A stretch of DNA of 64,000 nucleotides from Laetmonice hystrix (Eukaryota): the NCBI GenBank assembly GCA_965235115.1, contig OZ249453.1, positions 1,984,001 through 2,048,000 on the forward strand. The letters run 5' to 3'. Every line of letters begins with the position of its first letter. The first letter of the stretch is position 1. The position numbers and the translations under genes are program-made. Below, one piece after another: positions 52,401 through 63,278 of the stretch. The notes under the pieces were generated by a model, which saw only the letters and a program-made list of their open reading frames with translations, did not search any database and was not told where the DNA came from.

Positions 52401-55400
52401 GGGGAAGCTCGAGTTACCTGATCCCCGCCCCTCACCTAGCTGGCCGTACAGGGATGATTGGAAGTGGTCTTTTCACTTCCCTCATTCAGATTGTCAGGTG
52501 TACCGACGGTAAAACAAAACACAACCTTCTTGCAGATTACACATCGAAACATGAACGACCCTGTCTTTTTATACATTATACCGTTTACCTGTAAAGTTTT
52601 TTTTGGGTAAAACCCAGATATTGCTACATAACATCGCCGCGTGTTTTTATGCGGGAGCCTGGGGTTGAATAGGGATGTGACCCTGCACAGCGCCCCCTCC
52701 CGGTCGACGCAGACATCAGCTGGGAGTGATATACCCTAGGCCACCCAGAGCAAGAGGTCTCGTCTCTGAAACCCGGCTGTATCTGACCCTCCTGTGTATG
52801 TCCTTCAGTTACTTGAAACCAATACCAGGGCCACGATCTATCCAACTCATCAATGTCTGTAAGAAAACGTTTGAGTCTGGTCTTGAGGCAAGAACTTCTT
52901 TAACGTTCTACACATGTCGTCTAATGGATCCCAGACTCGAGCGAGGAAATACCCTGGGTGTTTTAACGTGATAACATATGGTCTCCATAGCGTATACTAC
53001 CAATACGAGCTGTGATGCCAAGGTATCTATTTTGTTCGTGAAAAGAAAGTCGAAACACTCGTCTGCCGACTAAAAACAGGCGAGGTGCACGTAGACAACA
53101 ACGCCAACGCTGACTACAAATCGGCTTGGCGCCAAGGATTTCCAGCTTGATGTCGTCTCGAAAGATATTTTATTGTCCGCGATATTTATTTTATCTGCGA
53201 GATCAGAGGCAGAAGAAAACGTCCCCAGAGAATGTGACGTCGAAAAAAGAGCAATCATCCGGGTCCCTGAGGGATCAGTGATTAAGGCAGACGACACTGA
53301 GACGCAGCGTCCGCCATAACGTTCTCCTTGGTTGACACTAATTAATTCAGAGAATTCTCTCAAAGATAGATTACTAACAAAGAGCATTGGCCATATGTAG
53401 GAGGTAGGCGTCAAGTTTAGAGTTAGAAATATTAATTACCACCAAAACGAAAGGAAAAAACGTACTAACTTTATTCACAATAGTATTTGTTACACCAAAC
53501 CCTCTCAGTATTACGTCAATGAGAGTGATATATTTATTTTAAGGAATACGCCAGTAAAAAGTACGAAACAACCTGTGAGGGGAATCAAGCGATAAAATCG
53601 ACTCCATTAGTGGTGTTTTCTTCTTTGATGTGTGTCGTCTTCGCTGTTCCCTTAAGTCTGATGAAGATCAACAAATCGCGGAGGACGGGTCGATATTGGT
53701 CACCGATGTAATGATCATGTTCTTCCTCTGGTGGTACTGGTGCTGGATCGATCGAAGGGAATTAATTACGGATGCCGATAGAGACACACGGGTGATGGGT
53801 GGTCTACGGGGAAACAATCGCATACATCAGTACCACATGTCTTTGAAGAGCTCAGGGGCGGAGACTTGGGAGAAAATTACGATATCCCCAGACGACAGTT
53901 CAGATACTGGTCTCTCCTCCGAGAACCCGTCAGTCATAATAAATCCTACTCAGAGAAGGAAGACTTCAGTGGCGTCTACTTCATGATTCAGAAGAGAGAT
54001 TTTATCTGATGCCCCATTTTCTAAGCGCTAAACGGAGCAGGCCTGAAAAAAGACTTGAATGTGATGTGTATCGACAATTTCCGTTCTGCCTGTCAAGATA
54101 AAGAATCAAAACACTGATACATTTTCATAAGACCACTCTCTTAACATGAGAAATAACCACACGAGGCGCACAGAAACTGATTCAAGCCATTCTCGCCAAT
54201 TCAATATCCACAATCGGGCTGCAATATCAGCCTACTGGTGGATAGAGTGTTTTTTTCCGAGGCACGGGTAGGAATAATGGCGTCGATTAAGAGTACTCCT
54301 GCCAGAGGAACCACTCTCCCCCTGTCCAGCTTTCACAATTCATCTCGCCCTTGGCGGCAGAGATTCTCGCCTCGGCAGATATTATCGGGGGTGCATACGC
54401 CTGACCTGCCTGTGCAAACTGTGAGACATTGCTGGATGGCTCCACCCTTACAGGGACTACTTTCAGAGGTCCTCCTGTCAACAGTTGTATTGTAATAATC
54501 TCCGCGTCATTCCACAGAGTTGTGATACATCATTTCAAGGAAACACACAGACAAGAGATTTAGTGCTTTACTTCCTCAGGCCCTATCCGGGCATGTACCA
54601 CAACGAGGCAGACTGAGTCAGTGCCTCTAGTCAGACAGGAATGAACTATATTTCCTCTGCTACACTTGAGATATTATTTTGTGACAAATATAAAAATACG
54701 TATAGATCTAGAGTGATTTTCTTTGCAGCGGTATTGACATAGTTCGGACATTATTATTGCTTACATTGCAAATCAATGAAGAATTTAAAAAGTTCAGGAC
54801 CAGAAGGATACGGAAAGCGTGTCTCATTCTTAGTAGTACTGCCAAATATTGATTACTCCATACTCAATCGTAGAACTAATTTTCTCGTTTCAGATGTCAA
54901 GGAATACTGCTCCTCCGAGCTATTTGACGTGTCCTGTGCCGAGAACGAGGTCATTCTGATGAAAAGCGCCCTCTATGGGCGGATGCAGCCAGGCCGGTGT
55001 ATCAGCGGAGATTACCACCATACTGTTGGCTGTTTTAACGACATCCTGAGTTACATGGACTCCAGGTAAGGATCTCTCCACAGCTCACACAAATTATAGT
55101 TCGCATTTACACGTAACGTGTGGTCTTTGACTTTGACATTTAGTGAGGAATTTAAATGGTGACATTCTGACGATTGCTAAATTTATATTATTTTATTTTA
55201 CACAGGTGTTCGGGGCGACGTGCTTGCATGGTTGTTGTCGGAATGCTGGAGCAGGTCGCCCAGCCCTGCCAGAAGGACTTCAAGTCCTACCTTGAAGCTA
55301 GCTACATCTGCGTTCCCGTTATTCCCACCGAACCCCGGCAGTGCCACTCGGCCCAGAGCTACGAATTGCCAGCGACTTCCGGTCACTTTGGTCGGGAAAC

Positions 55401-58400
55401 TTTGGTTGGAGCTGGATCGGCCTTGTCCAACTGTCTCTGGTCTGTCACCGTCGACCAAGGACAACAGGTAAAAAAAAACGCTGAGTCATCTCTTGAATTA
55501 AACGTTTGTTATCATCGTGAAACATTCCCCGTGAAATATTCTTGTTCACATTTTATCTCGAGCCGTATTTTCATATTTTACATTTTTTAATGTTTTCCAG
55601 GTCTCAATAACAATGAACGCTTTCCGGAAACCAATTGACATCCGGGGTAAGAAGGACGACCCAAACGCGGCGTCCTCAGCCGGCGTGGCGTCAACTGATG
55701 CGTGTCCGTGGTATCTAGTGATCCGTGACGGTGAACAGATGACAGAAGTCAGTCTGTGTGACGCCGAGGAACGCGAACGTCACGTCTTTACGTCACGTTC
55801 TAACAAGATCGACATCCACGTGATCGGCAAAGGATCCGTGGACACGATCCCGCATTTCCTGGCCAAATACGAAGGTAAGACAAGAATCAGTAGTCCGGAT
55901 TTGAGGGATCATGGGATAGACGCCACAGACCTTTAAAACACAGGTCACGTGACTATAACAATAAACGTTAAATCAGCGCTGGTATCAGGTGTCGCTGCAG
56001 CATTGGCTTTTAATGGTTCGTGTCACGTGATCGGTTTTAAATAGGTCTTGTCTGCGGGGGGTCGATGAGAGTTCGCGGCCGTGTCCAACAAGCCTGACAA
56101 ACGTTGTCACGATAATGCCATTTATACAAAAAGTAAAACGATCGAGTTCTTTTTGACAGTAATGCTTCACTGTGACTGTTTCAAATGGCAACAGCAAAGG
56201 ACCATGCTATAAAACTGTAGGCAGATAATGAAAATGTCACTTAAAGTACATTTAAAGAAATGCCACTTTGTTTACAAGCGATGCCACTTTGGTTTACAAG
56301 CGAACGCGCCCTTCAAAACTTTGCAAAGTGGGCGTCTATATCTCTGTATAGTTTGTAGTGACAAGTTTGGCCCTTTGATGATGTTGTTTCCACTCATTTC
56401 CGGTGAATGAATCATCGAGCTAAACAAAAATAATAAAAAACATCGGGGCCATAACGACTACTCCAAATTATGTGGCGCGAGACCTGAATATGCACTGCCC
56501 CGAGTGATACTAAATCAATTGTAACGTTGGATGGAGACAAGCAACACACCTGTTCTGTTAGATGGAGTGCATCTGATTACGTGGGTTGTCATGATATTAA
56601 TGGATGTTTATTTCTTCCTTTGGAAACAGCCATTGGATGCGCCGATATCGAGGCACCGAAACGGTCATGGGTTCGTCGTGAGGGCGAGAACCTGATCATG
56701 CGCTGTAACGAAACTGGCGAGACGTGGTATTTGACGTGCCGTAACGGCGCCTGGATCGGTGACGTCGGCAACTGCAGCGGAAGTAAGTCAGCGTTCGTAC
56801 TAAAACAAACAATTCTATCTACATCAGCCCATTAAAGTAGTAACAAAGTTTGCGTAGTTTACGTAGTCCTACAGTTTGGCAAAAGTTGGGATCGTCAGTG
56901 TCAATTTCTCCGTGCTTGTGTCACCGTTGGCCGATGTCAGCCCAGCGACGAAACCGCCTGGAGCTGGCTGGCTCAGTGACAAACATCACAGCACCTGTCA
57001 AATGGCCAAGCTATTCTGTAATCCTTTGATGCCCCAACGTTTAGAGCGCGCACGGGAATTTCCTGAAGCGCAGTAGAAATTCATAGGCCCATCCTGCCCA
57101 GGTACGCACCCCTTGCCTGCAGCTATAGGCCTCTTCTAAAGACTGTTACGTGTTACGTGCAAGGTCTTCCTGTACTAAGTTCCTTTGGTTGTTTGTCCTC
57201 AGGTGCGTTGTTACCAGCGAGTCGAGTCACTTCCGATACTCACTTCCTGCAGGAGGGCGTTGTCTTCGCGGTGATTGTCGGGATCGTTCTCGGCCTCGTT
57301 ATCGGCACGAGCATGCTTGGCATTGTCTTCTTCTGCCGCAGGAGGTCAGTATACTTTTACAAGTTTAGGGGCCGTTTCAAAAATTACCTAACGCAAATCA
57401 GCCCCCTTTTTATGCCCCCTTCATGCACCTGGTAACGGTAAAGGATACGTCCCCGCGCACCCTCCCTTCGACGTTATGTAATTATTGAACGGCTCCTTGG
57501 AATTCAAGAAGTCAGCGTCTCTTGCACTCTGGGACTCGTACTACGTCCTTGAGTTTTCAATGTCATTGCCTGGCTGGTTGTTACTTAATACACTCGTGTC
57601 GCCAAGTGGTCTACTCCAACGATAACGTATCATGGGAGTATCTAAAACAAACGTTGTGCCAGGGTGCAGTTCTCGCCATCAATCTCGCCGTACTCTCGGA
57701 CGGTGCGTTATCCCACAATGCTCCTTACTTTTAACAAGTTCCGGTGCTCATTTCCCTGATACTGTTTGTCTATGCCGCCACGCCCTCGCCGGCCATACCC
57801 GGCCATACCCGGCCATACCCGGCCGAACAAGTCGGTATTTCTCGTACGTGAATCGACCAAGCGAAACGTTTAGAGATGCCCACACTCGGCCACTAACAGT
57901 CTGATTGATGGGACATGCCGCCGTTACTCGCTAACAACAGCTTGCCCGTAACGCGTATAAAACTCACACCGTAGTTTTTAGCCATTGATTTAATCTGGGA
58001 GGGTGGGGACCCCATACACGGCAGCTATTGTTGATTTCAACGTGGGAATCAGCCATACGGTGCCTGATTATCAGAAAAATAATGTAACCATTCAGGGCGT
58101 ATTAGGTAAACATTATAGACATGGTGCTAGATATTAGCTCTAAAAGCTCCGGGTGCCTCGGCTGATTAATAGCAAAACACGATGTCCTCTGTATCTCCCG
58201 GGTCCATACATGTGGAAATAAAACAGAAAAAAAGAAAAGAAGAAGAAAAAACATTTAATAACAGCGCGCTACCAGACCAGATATGTTTCCATGACGATTG
58301 CCATTTTGAAAGTCAAATGAGACGTGCTGCATATTGAATAACACAAACGTAATTAAACATGCATTACAATAGTTATTGTGGAAACTCTTTACGAGGAAAT

Positions 58401-59368
58401 GCCACGCCTTATTAAGTACGTGTACACATCGTACAATACATGAGCCAGACTAAAATTGCCATTGTCCAAAGTTGCACTTGGCTGTTATGGAATGTTAAGA
58501 AAACCATTACTTGCTAAGCACATCGTTGATAATAACATCGGAACTGAAGGCAGAAAGGCTGATGAGAGGCGAATAAATTAATCCGGCTAAAACCAACTGA
58601 CAAGAGGTACACTGTAGATAATGGAAACACTATGACAGGAGCAGGGGAAAGCATACGCCGATGTTGTATGAAATTTAATTTGTCCTTCGCATATTTTCCT
58701 GTGCTCGTGCGTCATTAGGTATTTTAATCATTCTCGGAAACAAGCGGCGATGGGTTTCAATGGATTCACCGTCTGCCCGCAATGATGGAACGAGTTCGAC
58801 AGCAACTACGTATAATTATGCGCTCGGATACCGTCATCAAATTACGAACAATATTCTCGCGCACGTGTTTCTTAATACATAAAGCCCTCTGCCTATTAAT
58901 ATGTTAATTTTTTTCCTGGAAGACTGTTGCCTGACGTGAGCGTCTGCTTTGTGATGTTCTAGATGGGTACACAACGCCCAGCGAGGTTTGACGGTTGACG
59001 GCCTTCCACACGACCACCAGGCCACCCTCAAGGCCAGCTACCCCGCCCTCTTACGGCAGGAAAAACAAATCACCGGAAACGTATGTGAATACACGCACGT
59101 GTGGGAGGTTCGGCCGACCAACATGGCGACCAGCAACCGGAAGGATGGAGAGTGTACCAAGGCAGAGGACTGCTACATCAGCGCCGCCATGGGCCTCAAG
59201 GACCCTGCAGCTGCTGTGCCTGGTATCTGCACGAAAAGCATGATGGGAAGTCACGGGATCTACGAGACGTCAAAGCGGCTAGGCGATCCGCGGGCTCTCT
59301 GCCTGAAACACGACACACCCTTGTATTTTGAATTGGACCCCGACGGCAAGCGCACGTGCTCCGTGTAG
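30476..59368 (+). CDS. Full spliced CDS of a SUEL-lectin / CUB-like / CCP-like type I transmembrane protein, 502 aa: join(30476..30575,54894..55065,55206..55467,55601..55874,56630..56782,57203..57344,58963..59368)
   Basis: Exon lengths 100+172+262+274+153+142+406 = 1509 nt = 502 codons plus TAG. All introns are GT..AG with matching phases (1,2,0,1,1,2). The ATG has strong context (aagATGg) and an in-frame upstream TGA at 30335. The translation gives a coherent domain order: signal, 8-Cys SUEL, CUB-like, 4-Cys Sushi-like, TM, cytoplasmic tail. Confidence 0.88.
32782..32795 (+). promoter_or_regulatory. CTCF-like motif CCACTAGGGGGCGT (best of an intronic cluster)
   Basis: Matches CCASYAGRKGGCR. 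Neighbours at 32590 and 32856 are in the same orientation. Binding not shown. Confidence 0.5.
33577..33632. repeat. 12-bp tandem repeat (accagtcacatg)x4.5 of a GTCACATGAC E-box
   Basis: Seen directly. Confidence 0.9.
40366..40425. repeat. (GGA)n purine tract
   Basis: gaggaggaggag low complexity. Confidence 0.85.
40521..40869. repeat. 45-bp CA-rich minisatellite, 7 copies plus a degenerate 5' part
   Basis: ccactgtctctgta recurs at 40581, 40626, 40671, 40716, 40761, 40806 and 40851. Confidence 0.95.
41470..41920. repeat. 46-bp minisatellite, ~10 copies
   Basis: Unit ccgaccgctaccatatactactcacagtcagcgggtcccgctacag with an internal mini-hairpin agcggg-t-cccgct. Confidence 0.95.
43065..43213. 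other. Assembly gap (149 N)
   Basis: Run of N. Confidence 1.
43214..44290. repeat. CAG/CAGC cryptic repeat with a ~120-bp higher-order unit, interrupted by a gap
   Basis: The landmark tagccgttgcagctg recurs at 43398, 43519, 43639, 43766 and 43974. Confidence 0.95.
44083..44215. other. Assembly gap (133 N)
   Basis: Run of N. Confidence 1.
54894..55065 (+). CDS. Exon 3: N-terminal half of the SUEL (Gal/rhamnose-binding lectin) domain
   Basis: tttctcgtttcag acceptor, AG|GTAAG donor. Translation DVKEYCSSELFDVSCAENEVILMKSALYGRMQPGRC...GCFNDILSYMDSR contains the SUEL hallmark 'A.YGR'. Confidence 0.93.
55206..55467 (+). CDS. Exon 4: C-terminal half of SUEL and start of the CUB-like domain
   Basis: ttttacacag acceptor, CAG|GTAAA donor. 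CSGRRAC...PC...KSYLEASYIC completes the 8-Cys SUEL pattern. C..W.VTVDQGQQ resembles a CUB start. Confidence 0.93.
55601..55874 (+). CDS. Exon 5: remainder of the CUB-like domain
   Basis: tgttttccag acceptor, G|GTAAG donor. VSITMNAF...CPWYLVIRDG...SLCD...FTSRSNKIDIHV...FLAKYE resembles the CUB strand pattern and terminal F...Y. Confidence 0.9.
56630..56782 (+). CDS. Exon 6: CCP/Sushi-like 4-Cys module (phase 1-1 symmetric exon)
   Basis: tttcttcctttggaaacag acceptor, A|GTAAGT donor. Translation GCADIEAP...MRCNETGETWYLTCRNGAWIGDVGNC. Confidence 0.88.
57203..57344 (+). CDS. Exon 7: stalk and transmembrane helix
   Basis: gtttgtcctcag acceptor, AG|GTCAGT donor. VVFAVIVGIVLGLVIGTSMLGIVFF is followed by the CRRR stop-transfer. 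Confidence 0.9.
57368..57496. mobile_element. PIF/Harbinger-like MITE, 129 bp, in intron 7
   Basis: TTA|ggggccgtttcaaaaat ... attattgaacggctcc|TTG: imperfect TIR and a near-match 3-bp TSD. Confidence 0.55.
57789..57824. repeat. 10-bp tandem repeat (ggccataccc)x3
   Basis: Seen directly. Confidence 0.85.
58963..59368 (+). CDS. Exon 8: cytoplasmic tail to stop codon
   Basis: ctttgtgatgttctag acceptor. The phase-2 join puts RWVHNAQRG in frame with ORF 58988..59368. Tail contains EYTHVWE, GIYET and PLYFELD; TAG at 59366-59368. Confidence 0.83.
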
Positions 59369-60497
59369 ATCATCGGATTCATTTCGTGTTTTGTGCTCAC
59401 CCACCATTCATCGTCATCGCCGCTGTTGTCACGTGACTGTGAAATCAGAAATGGACGCAGAGAGAGCCGACCGAACGTAACTGGACCTAAAGTGATGATT
59501 CCCATTGCAGCTGGCCTGCTGCTCAATGCGCCATTGTTGTTAGGAGAGAAGGGAAGATATTATTTTGTACACGCGCGAACCGGCTCGACACCTTGAATCT
59601 AACTAAATCCTCATCAAGACCTTCACCAAACTGAGAGCCTTGAGTCGTGCCTTCATGTGAACGTATTACATACACGCCGCGAGAAGGAGGGACTACGTCA
59701 TAATCATATATACGTCATAATGTAAATAACGTCATCATTATATAAGTATTATAAACAATGTGACGATTGGCATGAGCATTGCGTAATAATGCTTCCAAGC
59801 GCGGTCATTGCGTCACGTGACGCCAATGAACTGTCTGAGCTTATTGTGGGAGAGAGTGCCCCACCCTGACCCCTTCCGAGATTTACCCCATCAGTTGGAA
59901 CACGTAACGCTTGCAGCCTAATCTGGCTCAATCCATACATGTGAGATTATGTTACCTGACAACAGATCAATCCGCAGTGAAGGTTGAAGACAGCTGATGT
60001 GAAGAGTGACATGTTGTATGTGAAACTGAACTCTATGAACTGATCCCCGGTACAAACCGAAATTAGGAAAACCCGATGTATAAACTGGTAACATTACATC
60101 AACATGAGAGCGGGTTTCTACCAAACATGGCTGTATTTTACCCCCGTCATGCGTGCCCCTTATAAATCTTATTTACAAGTCTGCAAGAGGCGAATGCTTC
60201 TCCATCATCCGTATAAAATGTATTCATCTTCATCTGTATATACCATTCTACAATCATTCTTGTGATAAATCATTATGAAGATATAAAAGAACGTCTTTGT
60301 CATATTGATAATTTGTCACCTCAGAATATCTGCTACTTGCCCAATTCGTCCAACCACGACAAGCTATGGTTCCCCGGTGAATAGTCAACCCCGAATTATA
60401 AACGACATCTCAAAGAACCCCATGATAATGTGATATGTATAGTAAGCTGACAATCTCCTGCAAAACATTTTCACAGTAGATTCGGATTACGAACTTA

Positions 60498-60643
60498 GAG
60501 ATGACCGTTTCACTAAACACTCGTATTTTACGAGCTCGTATTTCTGTAGCTCATCATAGCAAAATTTACAAGTTTTTTTCTTGCTTACGAGCTATGAGGC
60601 CATATACGAGCTTATGTATACAGTCTTAGTGAAACGAACCCCT
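60498..60643. mobile_element. PIF/Harbinger-like MITE remnant
   Basis: Inverted cgtttcactaa (60506) / ttagtgaaacg (60626) followed by aacccctg. Internal tacgagct occurs three times. TSD not resolved. Confidence 0.45.
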
Positions 60644-61029
60644 GAATCGCACGCAATATCACAAAAAATTAAATTATTTAGATTATTATCATTAATGGCC
60701 ATGCCATTATCTCGACCTGCCCTCATCGTCACCAATGCCCAGTTACGAACCTTCGTTTCTTTGATCTGATCTTGACTGACTTAGCTGAAACGAAATTAAA
60801 CCATCTATATTCTTATTGTCTACTCTGATGTCTAAATCTGACACTAACTGATGTACCTTTAATTTTATATTTAAAAAATATAATTTTAGTATCTCCTATA
60901 TTTCTGAAAGTAGTAAAAACAATTACAACATCCGGGCATTGCATCAAGAACATTTGATAAGTTGTATGGCGACTCGGTCAATGAGCGTATTATAATTAGA
61001 TACGAGAGATTAGGAGAGATATGGGGAGG

Positions 61030-61106
61030 GCGAGAGAGAGAGAGAGGGAGAAAGAGAGACGGGAGAGAGAGGCAGAGAGAGAAGGGGGAAAAAGAGAGAG
61101 AGAGGG

Positions 61107-61173
<67 letters not shown>

Positions 61174-61195
61174 AGAGAGAGAGAGGGAGAGAAAA
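61030..61195. repeat. (GA)n microsatellite
   Basis: Long pure GA run at about 61102-61168 inside a purine tract. Confidence 0.95.
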
Positions 61196-62552
61196 ACAAG
61201 GAAAAAAAGAAAAAGTGAACTTGGTCTTAGTCGACTAGATCCGTTCATCCTACCGTTCGAAGATCTGGCGTCTGAGACAACACGTGATAACCCCATGATA
61301 GCCGCCATACGCCACTGACGGGGAACGGGTTGTATTTGTACATCCCTTTAGAAGAGTCATGTCGAACTTTTCTCAGCCTTGCACCCTCCCGGCTCCAAGT
61401 GGACACAAAGTGACTCATCATACTGTCAGTGTTTGAACCATCAGCACGTGTTGCCAGACTACGACCGAACGTGGACCCATGCAAGCTCCTTCCGACCCAT
61501 CAGCCAGTTCATGGGAGACAGACCCGAGTCTATCGAAGCGATACTTTCAGACGTGACCGCTCACTGTACATGTGACCAGTGGTTTCGTGGCTTTATATAG
61601 TGGGGAGGTCAAGCTGGACCTCCAGAGTGGTGTCCCACACAACCACATTGTTTTAGTAAGATAAAAACATTTTACAGGCGACAACCAACGCCTTGGAGGC
61701 GTAGATCCCGTCTGGAGGACTACAAATGCGGTGGCGATCCATAGTTTCTTCCTGCAAGTCGATTTTATTAAAAGATATTAATAAAAATGTTAAAGTCGGG
61801 GTAACATGGACAATGAGGCCACGTGCCACCAACGTCGTGTATACGACAGTCGTCACCAGCGTCAAGGTCAACATAGTTACAGTCATTTATGTAAGAATTA
61901 GGGTCTCACTCCCAAAACCAATTGCATACATGGCTGTATTTTAGTGGGTTCTTTATCACAAAGCAATATAAGTGCGCACCGACTTAAACATCAGAAGGTT
62001 TTCCAGGTAGAACAGTATTTCATATTAATCAACACTATTTCCACTGTCCTGTCTGTCCAAATTAAGTCAAGGTGCTACAACCAAGCATGCCTGGCGGTGT
62101 CATACTGTCTACAGGTAGAACTGTTGACTGTACCTGACGGACGTACAGAGTCACCGGCGTGAGGTGTGACAAACAAACATGGATACCACCAACTGCAGCT
62201 GGTATTTATAGCACAAGAATTTATTAGAGGAGTGCGTATACTGGCATATCTTTCACCTACTCTGTTTACCATACAGATCTTGCTTACTTTTATGCAGGAA
62301 TTCAATAACTTATGCCCGAAGGTTAATTAATCACTTGATTATTGTTTGTTCGTGAAGGAGTAAAATTTTTAATAGCAACTAATGCAATGTGTGCCCCTGA
62401 CTGCATGGATGACTTTCAATGTAAGAGACCACCCAAACTACACGTGAGTTATAAGCTAAATATTCCTCAGATAATCTGGAAATAAATGAACAAGTTAGCC
62501 TATCATATCGCAAAGAATTCCCCTTTGGTCGTATCCTTTGACTGCATGTCTG

Positions 62553-63278
62553 AAACATTAGCTTTTCCCCCGGGTTGTGTGAAACTTAAACCCAACCCAT
62601 CTAATTAGCTATTCCCTCGGGTTGTGTGAAACTTAAACCCAACCCATCTAATTAGCTATTCCCTCAGGTTGTGTGAAACTTAAACCCAACCCATCTAATT
62701 AGCTATTCCCTCAGGTTGTGTGAAACTTAAACCCAACCCATCTAATTAGCTATTCCCTCAGGTTGTGTGAAACTTAAACCCAACCCATCTAATTAGCTAT
62801 TCCCCCAGGTTGTGTGATAAGTAAACCCAACCCATCTACTTAGCTATTCCCTCGGGTTGTGTGATAAGTAAACCCAACCCATCTAATTAGCTATTCCCCC
62901 AGGTTGTGTGATAAGTAAACCCAACCCATCTAATTAGCTATTCCCTCAGGTTGTGTGAAACTTAAACCCAACCCATCTAATTAGCTATTCCCCCAGGTTG
63001 TGTGATAAGTAAACCCAACCCATCTAATTAGCTATTCCCTCAGGTTGTGTGAAACTTAAACCCAACCCATCTAATTAGCTATTCCCTCGGGTTGTGTGAA
63101 ACTTAAACCCAACCCATATAATTAGCTATTCCCTCGGGTTGTGTGAAACTTAAACCCAACCCATCTAATTAGCTATTCCCTCAGGTTGTGTGAAAAGTAA
63201 ACCCAACCCATATAATTAGCTATTCCCTCAGGTTGTGTGATAAGTAAACCCAACCCATATAATTAGCTATTCCCCGGG
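62553..63278. repeat. 47-bp minisatellite (~15 copies, two interleaved variants)
   Basis: Unit ggttgtgtga(aact/taag)taaacccaacccatctaattagctattccc(t/c)c(a/g). Confidence 0.97.

Noticed and set aside
53630-53986. 118-aa ORF upstream of exon 3 (also 53070..53414 and 50361..50612 on the minus strand)
   Set aside because: No domain signature and no phase-compatible splice sites linking to the gene.
58558-58575. Hammerhead-like CTGATGA cores (also 34803, 39904, 53645)
   Set aside because: None has a stem II followed by GAAA and closing stems.
61215-61250. miR-279-like sequence GACTAGATCC...TCATCC
   Set aside because: Differs from miR-279 in the 5' base and centre, and sits in a loopless palindrome that cannot form a normal pre-miRNA.
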